Shown here piece by piece: positions 17,608 to 25,607 of a stretch of 62,712 nucleotides of DNA. Source of the stretch: a virus (taxonomy: Duplodnaviria > Caudoviricetes). Both the position numbers and the translations under genes were made by a program. Numbering within the stretch: position 1 is the stretch's first letter; each line of letters opens with the position of its first letter. The DNA lies in IMG/VR virus record IMGVR_UViG_3300032236_000245, positions 1-62,712 of that record, one strand, 5' to 3'. Below the pieces are notes generated by a model. It was given only the letters and a program-made list of their open reading frames with translations, ran no database searches and was not told the origin of the DNA.

Positions 17608-20378
17608 TCACCCTCCTTCTGTGCGCTCTTCCGAGCGTTAATTGCCGCTAAATCAGCCTGATGTTTGCGATCCTCCGCTTTCTGCATAGCCTGATGCTCA
17701 TGCTCTGCCGTCTGCTTCGCAACTTCATGATCCTGCTTCATGGTGGTCATGCCACCCTCGTGCATCTGACGCATGGCTTCTTGACCTGATTGGTTCTCCA
17801 TGCTCGTCTGATGTTTGTGTAAGTCCGCAGCGGTGTTCATCATCGCTTGACGATGCTGATGCTGAAGAGTGCTGTGATGCTTCATCGCATCCGCGTCTAA
17901 CTGATCGGACTGCTGCGCGGCGTTGACCACGAGCTTGGTCTTGTCCATCTGCGCTCGCATCATCGAGTCCTGCTGTTTCGCTTGATGCTCATCCGCACGT
18001 GCGGCAGCATCAATCATCGTCTTCTTCTCAGTCATCTCCATCTGCTTGTCAGCGATGTACTTCTCAAGTTGCAACTGCTGTTGCTTGAACTGAAGCTCCG
18101 CTTGCGCCGTCTGCGCTTTGAGCTGAACCTCCTGCTGCTTGATCTGAAGCTCCTGCTGCTGCATCTGGATGAGCGGATCTTGTGCTTGCTGTTGCGCTTG
18201 CTGCTGTTGAGCCTCGTTCTGATGCTGCTGAAGCAACTGCGCCGACGCCATGGCTGCGAGTGCTGCCAACTGCGACTCCATCTCCGGAGACAGATACGCT
18301 CCCGGCTCATCATCCGCGTCGTTCCCACCAGCCAACACGTCAACAGGCGGTGGCGGCAACATGGCTCCGAGCTTCTGCTCCATCTCACGGCGATACTGGA
18401 ACGCCACATGCTCCATGATGTGCGCCATCGCTGCGGCCTGAAGTGCCGGTGCTTGCGGGTTCTGACCGACCAATGCTGCAATCTTCGGGTCCTGCATCGC
18501 AGCCTGATGGACGGCGATATGCGCTTGGTGGTCCTGATAGATGAACGCCTTGACCGGCTTGCCGTTGAGGACTGCCATGTTCTCGCTGATGGGGTCCATC
18601 GGCTTCATATCGTCGCGCATCGGCACGATCTTCTGAGCGTTCTTCACGCCCAGCGTCTCAATCATCTGCCTGTGAAGAAACGGCAAGTCATAGATCTGAG
18701 GCGCACCTTGAGCGAGCTGAATAACCGCCTGATACTGAACAACACGCTGTGCCATAGTACTGGCATTAGGGTCAGAGACAGGCAGCACATCGCAACAATC
18801 GTAATCACCACGTTTAGCGGAGGCATCGCCCACTTCTGGCTCATAGTCATAGTCCTCCGGTGTGTTGTCGCGGATGATAGCCGCGAGGAGCTTGAACTCC
18901 TGCTTCATCGTGTAGTGCGTCCGCGCTTGGACCGCGCTCATCACCTTCAACACACGCTCAAGCAACGCAAGCGTCGTACCCACCGGGGCCTGTGCCGACA
19001 TGTCGGACACGTTCAACTCAGCCGTCGCCGCAAACTGACGCCCGTCCGCGACGACTTTATCGAGCAACGCGACTAGGGTTTGGCTAGGCTCTTTATATGG
19101 GAGAGGTAGGATATTGTCGCGGATGCTACCTGAAGGCAGGTCTACATCTCGGAATTCACCCGGAGCGATGGGGGTATCGTCCCCTTTAACGCGAAGACCA
19201 CGAGCTTTAAGCCCGCCCGGAAGATTAGATAACGTTCCTGCGTCAATAAGCTGCCGAAGAAGCGACGTGGCCGTCTGGGTGTGACCTCCAATGAGGTGAA
19301 TGAGGCCGAAATAGTAGAAGCCGAATCCCGGTATGTAGCCGTAATGCACAAAGTGCTGCCGTCGGAGTTTATTCTTGTCGTCTTCCAACCAATTACGGCG
19401 AATCGCGAGGACACTGCGCGTTCCTTTCTCAATAGTGACGATGTATGGCAAGGCGATCCCGGTCTTGTGACCTTGTTTGTCCTCGTCCTCGTAGCCCTCT
19501 AGGTCCAGATCAACATGCATCTCAAGGATCTGGAACCGATTGTCGAACATCGCCGTGAAGCCACCCATCCCCTGCTCACGGGCTTTCTCCTTCTCCACCT
19601 CGTCCATGACCTGCATGGGGTCTCCGAGGTCGATGTCACGATAGAATCCTGCAACCTGTAGTTTGCGGATGTCGTTCTTGGTCTTACGCATCCGATGTGT
19701 AATGCGTTCTGCACTCTCAATGCTGGATGCGCCGTAAGGCACGATGACATCTTCGGGTGGGATGAACGGCGCTTCGGGTAGCGAGATGGACGGGTTGAAA
19801 TAGATCTTCTTGAACGCGTTACCGGCAAGGGCTTGCGTGAGCAAGGTCTTCTCATGCTCCGGGCGATACTCAGGCATACCCTCTGTGAGGGTGTAGTTCA
19901 TATCCGCTTCGACACGAACTGCCGACTGCTTCTTCTGCGGGGTCTCTTTGCCGATGACCTTGGTCCGCACGGGTCCCGCTGCGGGGAACGTCTCCATGAT
20001 CATCTCAGCCTGAAACTTAACCGCCGCCTCCATCAACAAGGGATGGAACACGCCAGACGCCCCCGGCCACGGCTCAGACCGCTCCTCATATTTAAGACCG
20101 AGCAGCTTGAGTCCACGGATGTAGATCTCCAACCACTCCTTGCGGTCCTGCAAGTCCTTGTCGTAATCACCTAGCAAGTCGGCAGACAGGGAGTACAACA
20201 CCTCCTCGTCCATCTCTTCTGCTAAGTTGGCATCGAAGTCGGGTCCTCCGTCCTTCTCCATATGTACTTCAAAGCCGGGGCCTTCCACATGCACAGCCTC
20301 CGGATCTTCGATCTCCACCGTGATGGGTTCAGCCGCAAGACCTTGCGGGGCGGCATAGAGGGACTTGTCGATGCTCAT
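17604..20378 (-). CDS. Portal protein (P22-like, long Q-rich C-terminal coil)
   Basis: 924 aa after terL; PWPGASGVFHPLL..PGFGFY..LIDAGTLSNLP..PGEFRDVD. Confidence 0.88.
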   Translation of the reverse strand: MSIDKSLYAAPQGLAAEPITVEIEDPEAVHVEGPGFEVHMEKDGGPDFDANLAEEMDEEVLYSLSADLLGDYDKDLQDRKEWLEIYIRGLKLLGLKYEERSEPWPGASGVFHPLLMEAAVKFQAEMIMETFPAAGPVRTKVIGKETPQKKQSAVRVEADMNYTLTEGMPEYRPEHEKTLLTQALAGNAFKKIYFNPSISLPEAPFIPPEDVIVPYGASSIESAERITHRMRKTKNDIRKLQVAGFYRDIDLGDPMQVMDEVEKEKAREQGMGGFTAMFDNRFQILEMHVDLDLEGYEDEDKQGHKTGIALPYIVTIEKGTRSVLAIRRNWLEDDKNKLRRQHFVHYGYIPGFGFYYFGLIHLIGGHTQTATSLLRQLIDAGTLSNLPGGLKARGLRVKGDDTPIAPGEFRDVDLPSGSIRDNILPLPYKEPSQTLVALLDKVVADGRQFAATAELNVSDMSAQAPVGTTLALLERVLKVMSAVQARTHYTMKQEFKLLAAIIRDNTPEDYDYEPEVGDASAKRGDYDCCDVLPVSDPNASTMAQRVVQYQAVIQLAQGAPQIYDLPFLHRQMIETLGVKNAQKIVPMRDDMKPMDPISENMAVLNGKPVKAFIYQDHQAHIAVHQAAMQDPKIAALVGQNPQAPALQAAAMAHIMEHVAFQYRREMEQKLGAMLPPPPVDVLAGGNDADDEPGAYLSPEMESQLAALAAMASAQLLQQHQNEAQQQQAQQQAQDPLIQMQQQELQIKQQEVQLKAQTAQAELQFKQQQLQLEKYIADKQMEMTEKKTMIDAAARADEHQAKQQDSMMRAQMDKTKLVVNAAQQSDQLDADAMKHHSTLQHQHRQAMMNTAADLHKHQTSMENQSGQEAMRQMHEGGMTTMKQDHEVAKQTAEHEHQAMQKAEDRKHQADLAAINARKSAQKEGE

Positions 20379-20388
20379 TTTTTAATCC

Positions 20389-21945
20389 TCAGTAGTACCG
20401 CCGCGATCTTGAGCGGGTGGACTTGAATAGTTGGATAGGTTCCGGTTCATCATTAGGTAGACGGATAAACCCACCCTGCCTGAAACGCATGAGAGCCAGA
20501 GTAGTTGCGTCCACCAAGTCATCGTTCCTCCCCGCTGGAAAGTCGTTGCACTCTTCAATGACTTCCCAAGCCCAACGACGATCAGGCGCCCACACGATAC
20601 CCGACGCGAACAGATCTGTAATAGAATTTACACGGGATATCTTATCCTGCCCCTTACCGGGAGTGAACTCCATGGCTGGCACACCCATACGGCGTAGCTC
20701 TTGATAGAGCGCGGCTCCGTTAGACTTTTTCTCCACAATGAAGGAGTCGGGGTTCCAGTCTTTGTACTGCTCCAAGACCATGGCCTTGAGGTCCGGGTAC
20801 TCCATCCGCTCCTTGATGGCGTTGAGCAGGATGATGTTGTTGCTTTTGGTCTCCTCGTTATAGAAGACCCCCCAGACGAGCAGGGCGTTGAAGTCGGCTC
20901 GGTTACTTTCCTCTTGTGCCGCGTCAAGGGTCATGATGGTGAAGCTACACTGGGGTGGGTCATCCGCCTCCCAGATATTCCACCACTCCCTTTTAATAAG
21001 AGCGCCCTCTTCGCTGACCGGCTCCTGCATGTACTGGGCTTGCCAGTACCGGACGTCCATACCGGCCTTCTTAGCCAGCAGCTCGTCCATGGTCCAGAAC
21101 TCGGGCCACAGGGGTTTATCGTTGAGTACGGCGGGAAACTCCACCACCTCCCACTGATCGGCGTCATCGTTCCGAGTCATGTGGTCAATAATCTGTCCGG
21201 TCAGGTCTAATTTAGACCATCGCGTCATCACGACGATGATCGCGCCTCCGGGCATCAAACGTTGGATCGGACCCGACTGGAACCACTCCCACGCCGGTTC
21301 AAATACGTCCGATCTAAGCTGTTTAGCCTCTTGTTCAGAGTGCGGATCGTCAATAATGAATAAATCAGCACCCCGACCAGCGAGAGCGCCGCCCACACCG
21401 ATAGCGAAATACTCTCCATTCGCGTTTGTACCCCATCGTGAAGCCGATTTTGAGTCCGCCTGAAGCTCAACTTGCGGGAAAATGTCGTGATAAAGGTCCG
21501 ATCCGACGAGATTTCGCACCCTTCTACCGAAATTGACCGCCAAATCGGCGGTATGCGAGGCCATGATGACCTTTTTATGCGGAAACTTGCCCAAAAACCA
21601 CGCCGGGGCGAGGTAACTGATCATTTCTGACTTGCCATGACGGGGGGCGATGTTCACGATGACCCGTTTCTTCTTCCCGTCAGCGATCTCCTCGAAGATC
21701 CTTGCAAGTTTTTCGTGATGTGGACCCACCTTGTAGCCCGGATACACGTGCTTGATGAAGTCGAGGAACGAATTGCGCCCCGTTTCCTTGGCGATCTCGG
21801 CTTGGTAGACTGATAAAAGTTCTAACGTCCGACGCTTCTGCTTGTCGGGCATTGTCGGGAGGGCCGCACGGAGCTTCGCAATGTCTGATGACGATAATTT
21901 CGGTGAAAAAGTCGGGGATAAGCTATTCGCGCTGTTCTGCGTCAT
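20389..21945 (-). CDS. terL: Terminase large subunit
   Basis: APRHGKS Walker A, IIDDP Walker B, VVMTRW, C-terminal nuclease NDDLVDA. Confidence 0.95.
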   Translation of the reverse strand: MTQNSANSLSPTFSPKLSSSDIAKLRAALPTMPDKQKRRTLELLSVYQAEIAKETGRNSFLDFIKHVYPGYKVGPHHEKLARIFEEIADGKKKRVIVNIAPRHGKSEMISYLAPAWFLGKFPHKKVIMASHTADLAVNFGRRVRNLVGSDLYHDIFPQVELQADSKSASRWGTNANGEYFAIGVGGALAGRGADLFIIDDPHSEQEAKQLRSDVFEPAWEWFQSGPIQRLMPGGAIIVVMTRWSKLDLTGQIIDHMTRNDDADQWEVVEFPAVLNDKPLWPEFWTMDELLAKKAGMDVRYWQAQYMQEPVSEEGALIKREWWNIWEADDPPQCSFTIMTLDAAQEESNRADFNALLVWGVFYNEETKSNNIILLNAIKERMEYPDLKAMVLEQYKDWNPDSFIVEKKSNGAALYQELRRMGVPAMEFTPGKGQDKISRVNSITDLFASGIVWAPDRRWAWEVIEECNDFPAGRNDDLVDATTLALMRFRQGGFIRLPNDEPEPIQLFKSTRSRSRRYY

Positions 21946-22576
21946 CGCTATCCTCCTCTACGGGGCCGTTGTCCTCTGGACTCTCATCGACCTCTTCTAC
22001 GCTTGTCGGAAGCTCTTCTCGTGGTAGGACGGCGTACTCGATACCCTCAAGCACGTTGAGCAGCTCTTTCTCGACCTCTTCTATAGGCTTTACCTTTAGG
22101 GTGAGTTCACTGCGTTTGGTAAATGCATTAACGCCATCTACTTCGCCCAATTTAGATAGGGCAGCGATCCGGTCCTTAGAAGACTTGGCCGTTTCGACTT
22201 CATTGATCAGCTTGTTGACGATGTAAGACCTGAGATCAGATAAGTCCTCAACGATGTTGTATGAGAACTGACTGACCATCTCGGCTAAGAAGGCAAGTGC
22301 CTCGTTAGGGTACTTTGAGTAGTCAGGGCGTCCGCCCGATTGCACTACGTGCTTGATTTCATTGACGGCTTGGCGGGTCTCGTCCGTCACTACCAGCGGC
22401 GTGTCACTTAGTTCTGCGAGGAGCTTCGCAGTGCGTGAACGCATCTCTAATTCTTCTGCTGGGGAAAGCTCGGGTAAAGCATCCCTGTACCGTTCGGGCA
22501 ACGGTATCCCTTCTTCAATATCTGGCACAGCAATGTCGAACATGCGCTGGTCCTGTGACCGCGAGGAGTCCCACAT
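21923..22576 (-). CDS. Putative terminase small subunit
   Basis: Upstream of and overlapping terL; RIAALSKLGEVDGVNAF; start may be 22543. Confidence 0.55.
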   Translation of the reverse strand: MWDSSRSQDQRMFDIAVPDIEEGIPLPERYRDALPELSPAEELEMRSRTAKLLAELSDTPLVVTDETRQAVNEIKHVVQSGGRPDYSKYPNEALAFLAEMVSQFSYNIVEDLSDLRSYIVNKLINEVETAKSSKDRIAALSKLGEVDGVNAFTKRSELTLKVKPIEEVEKELLNVLEGIEYAVLPREELPTSVEEVDESPEDNGPVEEDSDDAEQRE

Positions 22577-22749
22577 TTATACGGGATGTTTTGGGTCCCC
22601 TCAAGGGGGGGTGTTCTATATATGAGGGGGTGGGGGGTCGAATCTCAGAAACCGGCTTTTGAGATTCGCGTGTGGTTTTGAAAAAGTGGGGATCGTTTGT
22701 GCAGATCTTAGTGCGTAAGCCACGCGCGAGGGACCCAACGAAAACTCGC

Positions 22750-22768
22750 GGGGCCGGGGTGGGTGGGG
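22750..22768 (+). other. G-quadruplex-capable tract
   Basis: GGGGCCGGGGTGGGTGGGG; further G runs at about 22604-22637. Confidence 0.45.
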
Positions 22769-22841
22769 TCCGTGTCCTGCCCCTGCCGCGCTACGCGTGC
22801 GCCGCGTGGCGTGTGCGTTGTCTGTCGGTCGGTGCGTAAAC

Positions 22842-22869
22842 TTTACAATCTCCGAAAGTGTGGGACTAT
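22842..22869 (+). promoter_or_regulatory. Putative early sigma70 promoter (leaderless)
   Basis: TTTACA-16 nt-GACTAT with extended TG; ATG 7 nt downstream of the -10. Confidence 0.5.
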
Positions 22870-22875
22870 AGCCCC

Positions 22876-23022
22876 ATGAATACGAAACAACAAAACACAC
22901 CACGCAACGCGAAGCGCGACAGGCGCACGTTCGCGCCCAAGCGGGTACTCACCCGCGCGGAGCGAATCGCGAACCGCACGGCGTTGCGCGGCCAATACGG
23001 GAGACTCTACGGGCTAGAGTAG
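22876..23022 (+). CDS. Arg-rich micro-protein (48 aa)
   Basis: MNTKQQNTPRNAKRDRRTFAPKRVLTRAERIANRTALRGQYGRLYGLE; no SD, starts at the predicted TSS. Confidence 0.5.
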   Translation: MNTKQQNTPRNAKRDRRTFAPKRVLTRAERIANRTALRGQYGRLYGLE

Positions 23023-23023
23023 C

Positions 23024-23290
23024 CCGCGACTGGCAAGAATCTCAGAGTCCGGTGACACCCGCACGGCGACAGCGCCCCGGAGTCCGGCAAGGTAAGCGGT
23101 AGGCGAACGGCCCACCACAATCCGGATACGCGTGGCGAAGGTTGCGCGGGTATGGGTGTGGATCAACGGCGAGACGTCTATAAACCGGAGTGTGCGTTAG
23201 CAGCGCGCGTCACTGTCTCCATCCGCTATTCCTAGTCCTTCCCTAGCACTAGTCGCGGTCGAACCGCATCAGTAGGGAACAATGAGCGAG
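23024..23290 (+). ncRNA. Candidate structured non-coding RNA
   Basis: No ORF of 60 aa or more; 10-bp long-range stem 23024-33/23249-58 and alternative helices. Confidence 0.4.
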
Positions 23291-23323
23291 GCGAAACTAA
23301 AGCAAAGGCTATCCATTGGCGAG

Positions 23324-23339
23324 TGTTCCACGTGGAACA
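23324..23339. promoter_or_regulatory. parS site (chromosomal ParB/Spo0J-type)
   Basis: Perfect palindrome TGTTCCACGTGGAACA, intergenic. Confidence 0.75.
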
Positions 23340-23376
23340 TTCGATAATGCATAAACCATTACATAGGAATTTTACG

Positions 23377-23871
23377 ATGAACATTCTTTCGCAGATTCAG
23401 GTCGGTAAGGTTATTAAATCCATCAAACTCCGCGCGGCTAACGTGGAGCGTGACATTCACATTGTTGGCGTCTCCACGCTCGTGCATATGCGTGACCATG
23501 GCGACTACACGGGCGCGGTCGCTCTGCTGAATGCGTTGCCTAAGGGACAGCGCGTGAAGGCGTTGGCTGCATGGTATAAGCACAATTCGTCCAACAAGTT
23601 TCACGCGCGGATTGATAAGGACACGGGCGAATGGGTCGGCAAACTCGAAAAGGGTCGCGCTGATTCTGATTTTCTTATCGTACAGGCAGAGGCTAAATCA
23701 TTCGCGGAATTGACCGTGGAGCGCGAGCCTGTCCAGATCACCGAGGACACGCTCGCGAAGTATCTGGAGCGCATCGCGTCCAACGATGAGATGCTGGACA
23801 ACGGCAAGCCTAAGGTGACTGAAACTGCTAAGGCTCGCGCTCGCGCGATGCTCGCGGTCATCGCTGCCTAA
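23377..23871 (+). CDS. Conserved early phage protein, function unknown
   Basis: Start moved to MNILSQ (TAGGA RBS); HGDY..LLNALP..RVKALAAWY. Confidence 0.8.
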   Translation: MNILSQIQVGKVIKSIKLRAANVERDIHIVGVSTLVHMRDHGDYTGAVALLNALPKGQRVKALAAWYKHNSSNKFHARIDKDTGEWVGKLEKGRADSDFLIVQAEAKSFAELTVEREPVQITEDTLAKYLERIASNDEMLDNGKPKVTETAKARARAMLAVIAA

Positions 23872-23876
23872 CCGAA

Positions 23877-23950
23877 AGCCGAAACCTAGGGGATGGCAAC
23901 ATCCCCGATGGTCGCGACGTTATGCGTCGCCTGACGAGGCTGTGGATAAG
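23877..23950 (+). ncRNA. Type II hammerhead ribozyme
   Basis: AGCC-GAAA-stem III (GGGGAUG GCAA CAUCCCC)-GUC-stem I (GCGACG/CGUCGC)-CUGACGA-GGCU; full catalytic core; predicted cleavage after 23913. Confidence 0.85.
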
Positions 23951-23983
23951 TGCTAACGTGCTCGCACGTTAGCATTTTTTTTT
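23951..23983 (+). terminator. Intrinsic terminator
   Basis: TGCTAACGTG-CTCG-CACGTTAGCA followed by T9. Confidence 0.88.
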
Positions 23984-24117
23984 GGCTCTCGCAAGCGCGG
24001 CTGAACGAAACCAGTGACGTCGCGCGGCGCACAATGGCGCAGTTTTGTGTCAATTTTTTGGATTCTGTGTCAGTTTTTGGGTTTTGTGTCAGGCCGTTTT
24101 TGCGGATTGACACAGCG

Positions 24118-24130
24118 CAAGTGCATGATT
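24118..24130 (-). promoter_or_regulatory. IHF-like site (one mismatch)
   Basis: AATCATGCACTTG on the minus strand versus WATCAANNNNTTR. Confidence 0.45.
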
Positions 24131-24337
24131 GCAAAGGAGAAACGTCGATTTTGTGTCACTGTGTCAGTTTTTTCTGTGTCACGTTTCCAGATTTTGGTGT
24201 TTTTGGTCGAGTCCGTTAGTTCTGCAAATGCTATCGGATACAACCCTATAAAACGCAGAAACAGGAATCATTCAAAAATTACTGACACAACTGACACATT
24301 GACACAACTATACTAATAATTTTTTTTTTTTTTTTTT

Positions 24338-24350
24338 AATCAATAACTTA
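24338..24350 (+). promoter_or_regulatory. IHF binding site
   Basis: AATCAATAACTTA matches WATCAANNNNTTR exactly, with an upstream poly-T tract (24320-24337). Confidence 0.7.
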
Positions 24351-24460
24351 GGAGCGAAAAAATTCTGTGTCAGTGATTTTTAACGCACTGCAAAACTGAC
24401 ACAGAATTTCAAAAACTGACACAGAATCTATCCCAGTCAGAATGCCTATAGGAGGGCAGC

Positions 24461-24643
24461 ATGAATACGTCGAACAAAGATCAGATGATCGAAGATTTGT
24501 TGTGCGAATTGGAAACGATGATTGCGTGGACGAGCAACATCCAAAAACTTACCTGTCCCAAGCAACTCGCCGAGTTCAACGCCGCGCGTGACACGGCTCA
24601 CGACACGTGGCGTCGCATCGTTCACATCGTGGATGAGGTGTGA
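24461..24643 (+). CDS. Early hypothetical protein
   Basis: 60 aa, AGGAGG RBS. Confidence 0.7.
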   Translation: MNTSNKDQMIEDLLCELETMIAWTSNIQKLTCPKQLAEFNAARDTAHDTWRRIVHIVDEV

Positions 24644-24644
24644 C

Positions 24645-24869
24645 ATGAACACATATCGCGTTGACCGAGCGCCAGAAGGTCCGACACCTTGTGGCATGGT
24701 TTCTATTTTGTATTTAGGTGACGACATCGAAGAGGCCCTGACCGTATACAACTACGTATCAGGTGGCCGTAGCCCATGGGGATCAGAGCGTCCCGACTAC
24801 GGTGTGATGCTGTCTGCGTGGAATCCCAACTTAGGAAATTACATTCCTAAGCGTTTCAAAACCAAGTGA
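24645..24869 (+). CDS. Early hypothetical protein
   Basis: Start moved to MNTYRVD (GAGGTG RBS). Confidence 0.7.
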   Translation: MNTYRVDRAPEGPTPCGMVSILYLGDDIEEALTVYNYVSGGRSPWGSERPDYGVMLSAWNPNLGNYIPKRFKTK

Positions 24870-24885
24870 TAGATAGGAGAAGACT

Positions 24886-25077
24886 ATGCGTAAGAAGACA
24901 ACTGGACCGAGTTTCTATGCCCTCACGAACACCTGCGGAATCCTGATGGTTGTGATGTTGGGCCTTCTGTTCCTAGAGACGTCAGCAATCAACCCGCATC
25001 CGCTGCCCTACATCATGGGTGTCTTTGGATTCGGTGGACTGTTCGTTCTGTTCGCTAGCCACATCGACAAGGAGTGA
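24886..25077 (+). CDS. Small two-TM membrane protein
   Basis: 63 aa, two hydrophobic segments, AGGAG RBS. Confidence 0.7.
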   Translation: MRKKTTGPSFYALTNTCGILMVVMLGLLFLETSAINPHPLPYIMGVFGFGGLFVLFASHIDKE

Positions 25078-25080
25078 GAG

Positions 25081-25329
25081 ATGGATGACATGGACGACCG
25101 GATCTATTACACCGAAATAAAGACAGGCAAGAGCAACGCCAACCCACACACAGTCAGCCACGACTGGGACAACGGCTACGACTGCGGCTACACGTACGGC
25201 TATCGCATAGGCGTTGAAGAGTGCGTGACCATGATGCGTGAGAAGGATGACCGCATCATTGACCTGATCAAGCAACTGAATGAAATGACGCTGAAGTTCC
25301 TCAAGGCTAAATCAAACGTAGGAGAGTGA
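25081..25329 (+). CDS. Early hypothetical protein
   Basis: 82 aa, GYDCGYTYGY motif, AAGGAG RBS. Confidence 0.7.
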   Translation: MDDMDDRIYYTEIKTGKSNANPHTVSHDWDNGYDCGYTYGYRIGVEECVTMMREKDDRIIDLIKQLNEMTLKFLKAKSNVGE

Positions 25330-25330
25330 T

Positions 25331-25375
25331 ATGAGCAACGAAAAGTATAACGGATGGACGAACGAGGAGGTGTGA
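25331..25375 (+). pseudogene. 14-aa remnant of a YNGWTN-type phage gene
   Basis: MSNEKYNGWTNEEV* with an intact AGGAG RBS. Confidence 0.4.
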
Positions 25376-25376
25376 G

Positions 25377-25472
25377 ATGGTAATCCTTGGATATGTCTGC
25401 ACGATCATTATCAATTCGATCTTTGGCTACATCATGTTGCGGCTGCTGATCGACATCATCAAGGAGTGGTAA
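25377..25472 (+). CDS. Single-TM peptide (31 aa)
   Basis: MVILGYVCTIIINSIFGYIMLRLLIDIIKEW; GGAGG RBS. Confidence 0.6.
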   Translation: MVILGYVCTIIINSIFGYIMLRLLIDIIKEW

Positions 25473-25474
25473 TC

Positions 25475-25606
25475 ATGAGCATGAGCGAAATATTCATTGC
25501 ATTGGCCGACCTGATCATCATCGGAGCCATGCTGTTCGTCGTGGGCGTGGCGGTGATGGTGGCGTATGGATCGGTTATGAATGTTCTTATGAAGTGGAGG
25601 GCGTGA
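25475..25606 (+). CDS. Single-TM peptide (43 aa)
   Basis: MSMSEIFIALADLIIIGAMLFVVGVAVMVAYG...; AAGGAG RBS. Confidence 0.6.
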   Translation: MSMSEIFIALADLIIIGAMLFVVGVAVMVAYGSVMNVLMKWRA

Positions 25607-25607
25607 C

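Larger units (their letters stand above)
24046..24423. repeat. Array of 13 TGTGTCA/TGACACA iteron-like repeats, putative replication origin
   Basis: Forward copies at 24046, 24066, 24085, 24152, 24160, 24175, 24366; reverse copies at 24108, 24283, 24292, 24300, 24397, 24417; AT-rich with a T18 tract. Confidence 0.8.

Noticed and set aside
13952-19076. Long antisense ORFs opposite the MCP, scaffold and portal genes (e.g. 255 aa, 364 aa)
   Set aside because: Expected shadow ORFs from codon bias in GC-rich genes; no motifs or RBS
23941-23949. Perfect DnaA box (TGTGGATAA) near the putative origin
   Set aside because: Single copy that overlaps the hammerhead 3' tail; the same 9-mer occurs in coding DNA at about 1149 and 52230
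23995-24027. Second hammerhead-like string CTGAACGAAAC...GTC
   Set aside because: No CUGANGA, no stem II, and only 2 bp of stem III
23886-24316. ORF-track calls over the ribozyme and repeat array
   Set aside because: Low-complexity translations of the repeats, with no RBS
24046-24423. CRISPR array or transposon ends
   Set aside because: Repeats are 7-12 bp in mixed orientation with irregular spacing; no cas operon or transposase
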